From: Octopus sinensis
Taxonomy: Eukaryota
Direction of reading: 5' to 3'
NCBI RefSeq assembly: GCF_006345805.1
Contig: NC_043019.1
Coordinates: 2,790,001-2,854,000, forward strand
Length of the DNA stretch: 64,000 nucleotides
Part shown: positions 1 through 12,062 of the stretch, in pieces
Numbering within the stretch: the first letter of the stretch is position 1
How the letters are laid out: the number at the start of each line of letters is the position of its first letter
Program-made: the position numbers and the translations under genes
Notes under the pieces: model-generated
The model's database searches: none
What the model was told of the DNA's origin: nothing
Seen by the model: only the letters and a program-made list of their open reading frames with translations

Positions 1-457
1 TTACAGAGTGCATAGAAGTGGGTAAATTTCCTTAAAGGAAACTGTTTCATAAAAATTGAAATTGGAAAGAGAATTTGTTAGTTAAGGAATATAACATAAG
101 TTCAAGAATGGAGAAGTTGGTATTACATATATTCTTTCATGAATAAAATACTGATTGCATAATAGCACAACATATTACATAATCAGTATGTATATTCGTT
201 ATGGGTGTCTGAACCATGTATTGTTAAAGTGATCATACACAAGGAATATATATAATACCAGCATCTCCTTGAATAAGAATTGGTTTCAATTAATGATATT
301 TAAAAAAAAATATTTAAACTAAATATTTGGAATATTTTAATGGTACTCACACATTTTTATTTACAGAAAACACAATTTTCTCATACTAACATTATTTTAA
401 TTGAAAACATTTTTTAATATATATTGTTAATAAATACTAAATATCTATCCATCTCAT

Positions 458-504
<47 letters not shown>

Positions 505-507
<3 letters not shown>

Positions 508-590
508 GCCATCTGGTTCGCCAGCCCACAGTCAAACCGTCCAACCCATGCTAGCATGGAAAGTGGACATTAAACGACGATGATGATGAT
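505..590 (+). mobile_element. RTE LINE 3' tail fragment
   Basis: ccaacccatgctagcatggaaagtggacattaaacgacgatgatg matches the terminus of the RTE at 29.8 kb. Confidence 0.75.
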
Positions 591-605
591 ATATATTATA
601 TATAT

Positions 606-643
<38 letters not shown>

Positions 644-744
644 CTGTTATCTAAACTACACAAAAATGAAAATAACACATCTCATTTTAACAGATATATT
701 TACCAAAATTATATAACAATATCTAAAAATACTCAAGCAATGTT

Positions 745-966
745 GGGGGGAAAACACTGACCACAGACACACACACACACACATATATATATATACATAT
801 ATATGACGGGCTTCTTTCAGTTTCCGTCTACCAAATCCACTCACAAGGGTTTGGTCGGCCTGAGGCTATAGTAGAGGACACTTGCCCAAGGTGTCACGCA
901 GTGGGACTGAACCCGGAACCATGTGGTTGGTAAACAAGCTACTTACCACACAGCCACTCCTACGCC
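745..966 (-). mobile_element. tRNA-derived SINE family A, 5' half
   Basis: Reverse complement gives ggcgtaggagtggctgtgtggtaag (A-box) ... ggttcagtccc (B-box) ... accttgggcaagt; repeated more than 12 times in the window. Confidence 0.85.
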
Positions 967-1211
967 TATTGTTTATTTTCTTTATAGAAGTGTAATAATT
1001 TTGATAAATTATTAGAATTCTAGACTTCACACTGAGTCTTAAGTTGACTGAGACAAATGTCTCATAATTACACCAACCACTGAATACTAGTCTGCCCATA
1101 AAACATTAATGTTATATGAGCTAACGAAGGAGCTGCTACATGGTGGTTTGATCTGCTGCAAATAAGAGTGAAATTTCCTTTAAATCACACCTTTTTCTTT
1201 TTTTTTTCTTT

Positions 1212-1615
1212 TCTTTTACTTGTTTCAGTCATTTGACTGTGGCCATGCTGGAGCACCACCTTTTAGCGAGCAAATCGACCCCCAAGACTTATTCTTTGTA
1301 AGCCTAGTACTTATTCTATCGGTCTCTTTTACTGAACCGCTAAGTTACGGGGACGTAAACACACCAGCATCGGTTTTCAAGTGATGTTTGGGGGACAAAC
1401 ACAGACACGCAAACATATACACACACAAATATACATATATATACATATATACGATGGGCTTCTTTCAGTTTCTGTCTACCAAATCCACTCACAAGGCTTT
1501 GGTCAGCCCGAGGCTATAGCAGAATATACTTGCCCAAGGTGCCACGCAGTGGAACTGAACCCGGAACCATGTGGTTGGTAAGCAAGCTACTTACCACACA
1601 GCCACTCCTACGCCT
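1212..1615 (-). mobile_element. SINE family A, full length
   Basis: Head, central (TA/CA)n linker and tail tgactgaaacaagtaaaag all present. Confidence 0.9.
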
Positions 1616-2189
1616 GGTACCTAAAAAAAGGAGAAAATACATAAAATAGTCTGAGTTAAACAACGTCTAAACAAAAGATGTGATCACACACAACTGCAAT
1701 ACCATTAACCGTACTTTTGTTGAAGGGAGTCTGAGATAGGACCAAACAAATACAAAAGAGAAATTATCTTTATGTCAAATGTGTCAGTTCACTCATATAA
1801 ATGTCTATTTATATTAGTTTGTGTATATTTTATGGCTTTATTTGTTTATTCATTTTTTTTTTCATTTGTCTTTAAGAAATATTAGCCTAAAATGTGCAAA
1901 CCCCCCACCCATTCACACTCCTAGTTCTTTTCTCCAAACCTATTTCCACTCACTTCATACCTTGAGAGGTGAGGGAACCATTTGGACACCTCACTGCTAT
2001 TTATCTCATCACAGCTACGACTGATTCATTCTCGCTCTCTCTCTCCTCGAAAATTCTTATGACAATAAGGATGGTAATTTATATACATCAAACTAACAAA
2101 ATGTATATGATAAGTGTTTGAGACGAAAGTGCTTTCAGTAATTTAAAGCCAGTCGGATATTAATGCATTCTATTTGACTTTTATGTATA

Positions 2190-2348
2190 TACTCTTTTAC
2201 TTGTTTCAGTCATTTTGACTGCGGCCATGCTGGAGCACCGCCTTTAGTCGAGCAAATCGACCCCGGGACTTATTCTTTGTAAGTCCAGTACTTATTCTAT
2301 CAACGCCCCAGCATTGGTTGTCAAGCAATGCTAGGGGGACAAACACAG

Positions 2349-2390
<42 letters not shown>

Positions 2391-2737
2391 ACAGCCATGA
2401 AACGATCGTAGTGTTTTACTCATTATCTTTTATTAAACTTTTAATACTTTTGATATATATTTAAAATAATATAAATTAATTAATTTTATGTATTGGCTTA
2501 AGTTTTTCATTGTTTGATTTGCCTAATAGTGGTTTTATTCCTATATATATATATATATATATATACATATATACGACAGGCTTCTTTCAGTTTCCGTCTA
2601 TCAAATCCACTCACAAGGCATTGGTCGGCCCGAGGCTATAGCAGAAGACACTTGCCCAAGGTGCCACGCAGTGGGACTGAACCCGGAACCATGTGGTTGG
2701 TTAGCAAGCTACTTACCACACAGCCACTCCTGCACCT
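2190..2737 (-). mobile_element. SINE family A split by an insert in its (TA)n linker
   Basis: 3' half at about 2190-2388 and 5' half at about 2542-2737 flank a 153-bp foreign segment. Confidence 0.8.
2389..2541 (+). mobile_element. 5'-truncated Penelope-like 3' end with half a hammerhead
   Basis: GAAAC-GATC-GTA-GTG followed by ttttatgtattggcttaag...aatagtggtttt, homologous to 48291-48385. Confidence 0.7.
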
Positions 2738-2771
2738 ATATATATATTTCTAAAATGTAATCTTTCTTTAA

Positions 2772-3019
2772 CCCTTTTGCTGCAAAATTAAATTACATGG
2801 TTATTCCTGTAATGATGTCAAATATCTACCCCCCAAAATAGAATTGGTGTTCTCTGCTAGTCACTTTATCGCAATAAATTTGATATATCTTGACATAACA
2901 GAAAATAGTTTCCAACATGACGTTCCTCAACAAAAGATAGATTCATATGGAAAACTGCTTTTCACAGTTGAATGCAATGAAATTTTATGTGGATATATCT
3001 ACTTTCCATCGTAAAAGGG
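2772..3019. mobile_element. piggyBac-type (TTAA) MITE, degenerate
   Basis: TTAA|CCCTTTT ... AAAAGGG|TTAA; only about 7 bp of clear TIR. Confidence 0.5.
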
Positions 3020-3039
3020 TTAATATAAATAAACATTTA

Positions 3040-3384
3040 ATTGGATTGGAAACACTCTGTCGGTTACAACGACGAGGGTTCCGGTTGATCTGAATCAACG
3101 GAACAGCCTGCTTGTGAAATTAACGTGTAAGTGGCTGAGCACTCCACAGACACGTGTACCCTTAACGTAGTTCTCGGGGATATTCAGCGTGACACAGAGA
3201 GTGACAAGGCCGGCCCTTTGAAATACAGGTACAATAGAATCAGGAAGTAAGAGTGAGAGAAAGTTGTGGTGAAAGAGTACAGCAGGGATCACCACCATCC
3301 CCTGCCGGAGCCTCATGAAGCTTTAGGTGTTTTCGCTCAATAAACACTCAAAGTGGTTAGGGCAGCGGACTCGCGGTCATAGGA
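3040..3384 (-). mobile_element. SINE family C variant with alternative 3' tail and inverted head
   Basis: Core shared with C copies; tail differs; head fragment gtggttagggcagcggactcgcggtc lies on + at 3353-3384. Confidence 0.7.
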
Positions 3385-4199
3385 AACATTTAATTAAAAG
3401 CTTTCTTAACATGTTTCAAACTAAGATTAAGAATGAAGACTTTTGAGAGGTTTCACTACAAGTCTGTTAACATTTCTCTATATTTCACTGGCCAAACTGG
3501 ATTCTTTACAGTATTTGAAAGTACTTTACTATGCTTAAGTATCAATGCTCTTACTCATTAACTTACAGTAATTTCATTAGATCTTAATTGTTAAATAGTC
3601 TTTGAACCGGACACATGAAAGTTGTTAGAAAAATATCTCTGAAAATCAGAGAATAACATTTAAATGAGATTATATTTGTAATCAAAATATTATTTTTAAT
3701 TATAATTTTTCTATAATTTGCATAAATGTTTTAACTATATTTCTTACATTAAAATTGCTTTATTGCATTTCTTTATTCTGTGTGAATTAAACAGAAAGAG
3801 AGAGAGAGAGAGAGAAAAAAAAAACGATATGTGAAATGTATAAGTTAATTTAATTTTCTTTCTTTTTCAACTTATTGAGTTTGTCAAATACTGATCAGAG
3901 AAAATAGACCACTTTCATGACATTTTTTGTTTGTTTTGTTTCTGCTATACATTTCATTTGGTTTGTTTTTTGTTTGTTTGTTTTTTTAATTTTTATTTTG
4001 TGTTTGTTTATAAGAGAAGCTTGGAGAAGCTATATATTGTATTAAAGGCGAGGCAAGAATGAATATTGGAAATATGAGGGGAAAATTGATAATTTGCATG
4101 TTTATTTTATAGTCAAACACATGATTTTTATAAATGTAGGAAATATTTTCTCACGTCTCTCCACACCTACAAGCACTCAGTGTCTTCTTGTTTTTCGCC

Positions 4200-4478
4200 T
4201 CGAGTGGCTTCCGTGCCGGTGGCACATAAAATACACCAATCCGACCGTGGCCGTTGCCAGCCTCGCCTGGCACCTGTGCAGGTGGCACGTAAAAAGCACC
4301 CACTACACTCACAGAGTGGTTGGCGTTAGGAAGGGCATCCAGCTGTAGAAACATTGCCAGATTAGACTGGAGCCTGGTGCAGCCTTCTGACTTCCCAGAA
4401 CCCCGGTCGAACCGTCCAACCCATGCTAGCATGGAGAACGGACGTTAAACGATGATGATGATGATGATGATGATGATG
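4200..4478 (+). mobile_element. RTE LINE 3' tail, 5'-truncated copy
   Basis: gtggttggcgttaggaagggcatccagctg ... ggacgttaaacgatgatgatg. Confidence 0.85.
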
Positions 4479-5159
4479 TTGCCTACCTCCCATTCATTTC
4501 CCCATCTCCAGGTTTCCATACCCTCCTACTTCCTCTGTCCCCACCCACTTCTGTGGACACTGTACCTTGAGGGTGATGCCTGAATGTCTCACAATCACTG
4601 TTTATCTCTTTGCATCAATTAGTGATTTGGTCTTACTGCCTCCTACCAAGGCTTGGGCCCCTACCAAGCCTTTCATGGTACCCTTAAAGCCACCAACTTT
4701 TCAGCACTCTTTCATATATACCAAATTTTAACATATATGAGGAACTCTCGTATATAAGGAACCCTGTAATTATGAGGGCTTAAAATTTGGGGAAAAAAAG
4801 GTTTTGTAAGGAGTTGTCCATGTACAAGAAACTCTGGTTTTTTTAAACCTAAATTTTGACAGAAAAGGATTCCTTATACACATTTAAATACGGTGTGTGT
4901 GTGTGTGTATCTATAAAGGAGGTGAGGATCAAAGTCCTTCAAAGGGATGTGAAACATCCAAGTCCATTGGTACAATCCAAGCAAAGAATAATATTTATAT
5001 ATACACACACACACACATATATATTCAGTATTTGCAAAATCAATAAATCAAGTATAAAAAAAAGGAAAAAAATTATAGGTGAAGAAAATCTTTAATTGAA
5101 ATCCAAGAACTTGGATTTGAATTAAAGATCATCTACACTATATATTTTTTCCTGCCTTG

Positions 5160-5203
5160 ATTTACATATATATATATATATTAATATATAATATATCTAT
5201 ATT

Positions 5204-5245
<42 letters not shown>

Positions 5246-5677
5246 ATATATATATTTACATACATATATATATATTATATATATATATTTACATACATAT
5301 ATATATATTTACATATATATATAGATTTACATACATATATATATATATTACATACATATATATATATATATATTATTTTACCTACATATATATATATATA
5401 TATATATATTTACCTACATATATATATACATACATACATATACATACATATATACATATATATATACATACATATATATACATATATATATACATACATA
5501 TATATAATATATACACATGCATATATACATATATATTATACATACATATATACACATGCATATATACATATATATATATATACATACATATATATATATA
5601 TATACATACATGTATATATACATATATATATATATATACATACATATATATATATATATACATGTATATATATACAT
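5160..5677. repeat. Compound (TA)n/(TACA)n microsatellite, about 520 bp
   Basis: Seen directly; source of the YIYIY ORFs. Confidence 0.95.
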
Positions 5678-5943
5678 GTGGTGGCGCAATGGCCCAATGG
5701 TGTAGGATCGCGGTTTCGATTCCCAGACCAGGCATTGTGAGTGTTTATTGAGCGAAAACACCTAAAAGCTCCACGAGGCTCTGGCAGGGGGTGGTGATCC
5801 CTGCTGTACTCTTTCACCACTCTTTCTTCTGTTGGCCTGCTCGCTTAGCCAGCGGGGTGGCATCATTCGAAGGCTAAAACAATGCGAATGCATTGTGACC
5901 AGCGATGTGTAACTATATCTGATGGACTGGTCGGTCACGTAAT

Positions 5944-5946
<3 letters not shown>
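5678..5946 (+). mobile_element. tRNA-derived SINE family C
   Basis: A-box tggcccaatgg, B-box ggtttcgattccc, tail gcattgtgaccagcgatgtg. Confidence 0.85.
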
Positions 5947-5983
<37 letters not shown>

Positions 5984-6957
5984 CATACACACATAACAGG
6001 CTTCCACACAGTCTCTGTCTAGCAAATTTGTTCACAAGGCATTGCCTGACTCAGGGCTATAGTATATTGTATGAAGCAGCAACAATGATTGTCCTATATA
6101 AAACATTAAAAATATTGTTCTTTTCCTACAAGCAGTATTATACTAAAACAACAGGCTTCTTTGTGAACACGATTCAATTATAATAATTGAAGCCAAGTTT
6201 TGCTTTTTAGTTACGATAATACAGTCACTTCATTGCCATATGCATAAAGTATTGTAGAAACAGCCTCCTCTCTGAAAGGTATGCTTTAAAGTGGACCAAA
6301 TGCTTTTTCATTCTCCTATCAACAAAGAATATTTCTGTGGACATATCAAACACTGGTCCTAATTCACTTTTATTGCCTTAATCAATTATTTGTAAATCCA
6401 TTGTACTGAATATCAATGAGACTGTTGTGTTACTCGCATACCATTCCAGTTGCTTCCTAATTTGAAATCTTCTGTATTTGTCCTTCCTGGGGGTTTGTGT
6501 GTTTAGTATAGTCGTGTTTAATATTTAATAATAATTTTGTAATTGGCAACTGTTGTCTCCCCTCATCTTGTTTGCAGTAATTACGTTGTTCTTTAAGTAT
6601 CTAAATAATGCCTGGCTGATCTTTGTTAACCTGCAAATAATGCTACATGTGAATTTTTTTTTTTATTACTCTATTTACACTACATGTTATGCAGCTCTGT
6701 GTATTACTAATTTAGCATTTTCCAATATGGCTGAACACTGAAGTTATATATTTGTGGCATTAAGTCAGGTGTCAGATATTTGATGTAGTAAACCCCCTCT
6801 ACCCTATATTAATGAGACAAACTCATTACATTATGTGCAGACTAACATCAAATATATAGATATAGGTATACAGGTGAGTGGACAAACAAAAGAAAGAGGC
6901 ATTCAATGTGTTTCATCATCAATGTTCATAATAATAATAATAATAATAATATAATAA

Positions 6958-7105
6958 TTGCTTGGGACTGCAAGAGTACTCTGTAGGATTCTTGAAGCAT
7001 GATCAGTAAACATGTGTCACCTTAATCTCCTGGCTGTGAACAGCTGACACTTTCCATCATACACAGCAAAATAAGCTGAGAATTTTCATCAAATAATAAT
7101 AATAA
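6958..7105 (+). mobile_element. R4/Dong-like non-LTR element, extreme 3' remnant
   Basis: Translates LLGTARVLCRILEA*, similar to the R4-clade C-terminus LLGTARILR; flanked by (AAT)n on both sides. Confidence 0.55.
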
Positions 7106-7320
7106 TGATCCTTTCTATTATCGGCACAAGGCCTGAAGTTTTGTGGGAGGGGACTAGTCAATTACATCGACCCCAGGATTTCACCGTTACTTAATTTATT
7201 GACCCTGAAAGGATGAAAGGCATAGTTGATCTTGGTGGAATTTGAACTCACAACGTAACAGCAGATGAAATAATGTTAAGCATTTTGCCCAGCATGCTAT
7301 CAACTCTGCCAGCTCGCTGC
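7105..7320 (-). mobile_element. SINE family B
   Basis: Reverse complement contains gagttcaaattcc and gcctttcatcctttcagggtc. Confidence 0.75.
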
Positions 7321-7429
7321 TTTAACAATAATAATGATAATAAATATATATATATATATATATACACACACATATATTATTATAAAGAACCCATTTCTCA
7401 TCACCAGTCACTATTCAGTTCAAATAGTT

Positions 7430-7740
7430 TAAGGATGATGAATGAAACACCCATGTTTCCAGAGGTGGATTATTCGAACTCCAAAGAATCCCTCTCAAGA
7501 TATGGCTATGATGTTCTTCCATACTTTTGCTTGGGATCAGCGATGCACATATCATCAGCCACTAAGGGACATGCTCAACTGGTTATGGTCAAGCAGCAGA
7601 ACAAGCAGATCTGTGGTATTGAGCAGAATATTTGCTGTAGCCCGTTTTTTATATCAAGGCAAAACATGTACATGATAACACTACCAATCAATGAAAATCG
7701 GAAACCATGAGTCACTGCCTGGTACTGCATTAAGGCATTT
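7430..7740. repeat. Interspersed repeat family E (related copies at about 39170-39330 and 60110-60380)
   Basis: Shared aagaatccctctcaag...ccactaagggacatgctcaactgg...ttgagcagaatatttg; class not determined. Confidence 0.7.
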
Positions 7741-7759
7741 TATTATTATTGTTATTATT

Positions 7760-8180
7760 ATTAAGGTGACAAACTGGCAGAATCGTTAACATGCCGTGCA
7801 AAATACTTAGTAGTATTTCATTTGGTGCTACGTTCTGAGTTCAAATTCTGCCAAGGTCAACTTTGCCTTCTATTGTTTCAGGGTCAATAAATTCAGAACC
7901 AGTCAAGTACTGGGCTCGCTGTAATTGACTATCCCCCTTCTCCCAAATTCCAGTCCTTGTGTCTATAATAGAAAGTATTATTATTACTATTATTACACCA
8001 GGCGAAGTGCTTAATGGTATTTCGTCTGTCTTTGTGCTCTAAGTTCAAATTCCACCAAGGTCGACTTTGCCTCTCATCCTTTCAGGGTCGATAAATTATC
8101 AGTTGCATACTGGAGTCAATCTAATCTACTGGCCCCCTCCCCCAAAATTTCACCCCTTCTGCCTAGAATAGAAAAGATTA
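7760..8180 (+). mobile_element. Two adjacent diverged SINE B copies
   Basis: Both carry gttcaaattc...caaggtc(a/g)actttgcct...tcaggg(g)tc, with (ATT)n flanks. Confidence 0.7.
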
Positions 8181-8640
8181 TTATTATTATTGTTGTTATT
8201 ATTATTATTATTGTTGTTGTTAACAATTTTATGTTCTTTAAGTAAAAGGCAACCCCTTTTAACATTACCCATGTTGTTAGTACATATCGATTGAGTGAAT
8301 TAATATTATTCTCACCTGAAATTCATTTGGTGTACTTTCCTAACATCTTCTCGTGTCAGTTTCTATATACATATATCTAGTTAGAATCAATCTCACATAA
8401 CTTCATTTGTAATGCAGGCTTTTAATATTCTCATTTTGTTTGTTAGAGTCTTGTAGAACAGAGCTGTCTACTGACATTAATGATACTTAAACCAACTTGA
8501 AAATAATGATTTCCACACTGAGCAAAATTATGCACTGCTTTCACAGATTATTGTTATCTATGTTAGACCTTCCACCTGTGACCATATCATGTATTTTTTT
8601 ATATCAGAAATTATATTTTCCCATGACACTTTCCATTTTT

Positions 8641-9962
8641 GAGATGGTAAACATGGCCTGTGAGAGATTTGGCTTCTTTTTCTAGCAGCCGAAGGACTAT
8701 ATGGTGGTCAGGGCTGTTAGAATCGGCTTTGGCTTTCATTTAATTTTTGTGCCTATAGTAAAAAATCTTAACCCAGAATGACAAGTAATTCCTAATTCTG
8801 ATCTTTGAGATGGTAAACATGGTCTGTGAGAGATTTGGCTTCTTTTTCTAGCAGCCGAAGGACTATATGGTGGCCAGGGCTGTTAGAATCGGCTTTGGCT
8901 TTCATTTAATTTTTGTGCCTATAGTAAAAAATCTTAACCCAGAATGACAAGTAATTCCTAATTCTGATCTTTGAGATGGTAAACATGGTCTGTGAGAGAT
9001 TTGGCTTCTTTTTCTAGCAGCCGAAGGACTATATGGTGGCCAGGGCTGTTAGAATCGGCTTTGGCTTTCATTTAATTTTGTTGCCTATAGTAAAAAAATC
9101 TAACCCAGAATGACAAGTAATTCCTAATTCTGATCTTTGAGATGTAAACATGGTCTGTGAGAGATTTGGCTTCTTTTTCTAGCAGCCGAAGGACTATATG
9201 GTGGCCAGGGCTGTTAGAATCGGCTTTGGCTTTCATTTAATTTTTGTGCCTATAGTAAAAAATCTTAACCCAGAATGACAGTAATTCCTAATTCTGATCT
9301 TTGAGATGGTAAACATGGTCTGTGAGAGATTTGGCTTCTTTTTCTAGCAGCCGAAGGACTATATGGTGGCCAGGGCTGTTAGAATCGGCTTGGCTTTCAT
9401 TTAATTTTTGTGCCTATAGTAAAAAATCTTAACCCAGAATGACAAGTAATTCCTAATTCTGATCTTTGAGATGGTAAACATGGTCTGTGAGAGATTTGGC
9501 TTCTTTTTCTAGCAGCCGAAGGACTATATGGTGGCCAGGGCTGTTAGAATCGGCTTGGCTTTCATTTAATTTTTGTGCCTATAGTAAAAAATCTTAACCC
9601 AGAATGACAAGTAATTCCTAATTCTGATCTTTGAGATGGTAAACATGGTCTGTGAGAGATTTGGCTTCTTTTTCTAGCAGCCGAAGGACTATATGGTGGC
9701 CAGGGCTGTTAGAATCGGCTTTGGCTTTCATTAATTTTTGTGCCTATAGTAAAAAATCTTAACCCGAATGACAAGTAATTCCTAATTCTGATCTTTGAGA
9801 TGGTAAACATGGTCTGTGAGAGATTTGGCTTCTTTTTCTAGCAGCCGAAGGACTATATGGTGGCCAGGGCTGTTAGAATCGGCTTTGGTTTGCATTTAAT
9901 TTTTGTGCCTATAGTAAAAAATCTTAACCCAGAGTGACAACTAATTCCTAGTTCTGATCTTT
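8641..9962. repeat. Tandem array, 8 copies of about 166 bp
   Basis: Unit starts gagatggtaaacatgg at 8641, 8807, 8973, 9139, 9303, 9468, 9633 and 9797. Confidence 0.97.
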
Positions 9963-11012
9963 AATGTTAACCCGTTTCACCTTTAGTAAGTTATTTTCAT
10001 GAATACTTTCAATTATATATGATATTATGTAATTTATCTCTCTCAATACATCTACAGAATATTTTATTGATTGGAGTCTACAACATCTGAAAGATGTTCT
10101 GACATATAGCATTGCTCTCTCACATCCTCTCTATCTTTTCTGATGACCTTTCCTATACGGCAAAATCCCGGCATATGTAGGTACAGTGACGACCACCACC
10201 AACACCACCAGGAATTTAGCGGATGTATGTTTCTTTGGCATGTATTCTGTGGATGACATATTTCTTATTTGTAAACAGCTTTATTGGTGAAAATAAATCC
10301 TGTCCAATTTTGAGGATATCTTTGATACTTTACTTGACGCAAGAAATATGCCATTAATAGAAATAGACTCTTGAATATCAAATATCCATTATCCATTAGA
10401 TTAACTCAGATATACATCCAGTCACGACTATTAAACGGAGACGGAACATACATAATATGTATAGTAACTCTCATTAACTGATATAGTCTAACAGAAATTA
10501 TATGTGTGTGTCTGTGTGTGTGTGTACAACAGAAGAATCCAAGGAAATTGGTGAACTGTGTCAGCAGAAATTATAAAGTGAAATTTGTGAGTTCAGATGA
10601 GCTTGTATGTCAGAGAAAGAAAAAGAAATCTGATGTTTCGTTGACTGATCCCTTACTTGAAAGGAATGAAGAATTCTTCAACCGAAATGTTTAGAAATCA
10701 CTGACAGTGTATAAAAGCAAGATCGAGAATAAAGTGCATGAGCAAAAGAAGTGGTTGTAGGTAATATATTCTGAGGTTAGAAGGCAATATATATATCAGT
10801 GATGTTATTGAAGAATGTTTGGCAATGAACAATCCTCAAAAGTGAGATCTCTGTGAAATAAAAACAGAGCTGATTGTAAAATTCTCTACCTCTCACGATA
10901 TATGTGTGTGTGTTGAGATAGATAGAGAGATAGATAGCAGTAAATGTAAGGGTATGCAAGTTAGTCAGGTTAATATACAAAGTATATTAAATATATGAAA
11001 TACCAAAAAAAT

Positions 11013-11165
11013 TGCTTACCAACCACATGGTTCCAGGTTCAGTCTCACTGCGTGGCAACTTGGGCAAGTGTCTTCTACTATAGCCTTGGGCAGACCAAAG
11101 CCTTGTGAGTGGATTTGGTAGACAGAAACTGAAAGAAGCCCATCGTATATATGTATGTGTGTGTG
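11013..11165 (+). mobile_element. SINE family A, partial
   Basis: gcttaccaaccacatggttccaggttcagtctc...gaaagaagcccatcg. Confidence 0.8.
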
Positions 11166-11338
11166 TATATATATATATAAGTATATATATATGGGTATAT
11201 ATGGCATCCTTTTTGTCTCGGGAGACAAAAAGAATGCCAGCAACATATATACATACATACATACATACATACATACATTGTAGTCCATTGCTTTACCTGT
11301 TCCATTTCTTACATTCTCCGATATCTATATCTATCTCT

Positions 11339-11377
<39 letters not shown>

Positions 11378-11706
11378 ATATAAAAAATCTTTGATCTTCG
11401 GATTTTTTAAAATATGCTAGGCCACTGGTTTTAATTGATTAATATCAATTTCTACCCTTATTTAATTTTATATAACTATATATATCATGCACACACACAC
11501 TCATCTGTCTATATATTTACTGATTTGCTAATTAATCAGCTTGTCACTGGTTGCTTGTTTATTTGGTAAACTTTATGAGTTGAGAGAAATGCATTACATA
11601 ATCTATTGGATTATGTTGTGCATACTGCTTACTTGGTGGTACCATGTTTACATTACAATTGTAGCAATACTAAATTAACCATTTCTCTGCTTTTATTATT
11701 TATATA

Positions 11707-12006
11707 TCATCATCATCATCGTTTAACGTCCGCTTTCCATGCTAGCATGGGTTGGATGATTTTGACTGAGGGCTAGCGAGCCAGATGGCTGCACCAGGCT
11801 CCAATCTTGATCTGGCAAAGTTTCTACAGCTGGATGCCCTTCCTAATGCCAACCACTCTGAGAGTGTAGTGGCTGCTTTTTATGGGCCACCGGCATGGGG
11901 GCTAGTCAGGCGGTACTGGCAATGACCTCGCTTGAATCTTTTTACACATGTCACTGGTACAGGTGCCAGTAAGGCAACGTTGGTAACAATCACGCTCGAA
12001 TGGTGC

Positions 12007-12062
<56 letters not shown>

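Noticed and set aside
6060-6520. Faint mariner-like peptide fragments on the - strand
   Set aside because: Too many stops and no intact catalytic motif or TIR
8316-8362. 47-nt candidate exon on - (KLTREDVRKVHQMNF, then CAG|GTGAGA)
   Set aside because: Weak acceptor and no supporting neighbouring exon; expected by chance in 64 kb
10040-10480. Coding-looking non-repetitive stretch with possible splice sites
   Set aside because: All frames close quickly on both strands and no family was recognised
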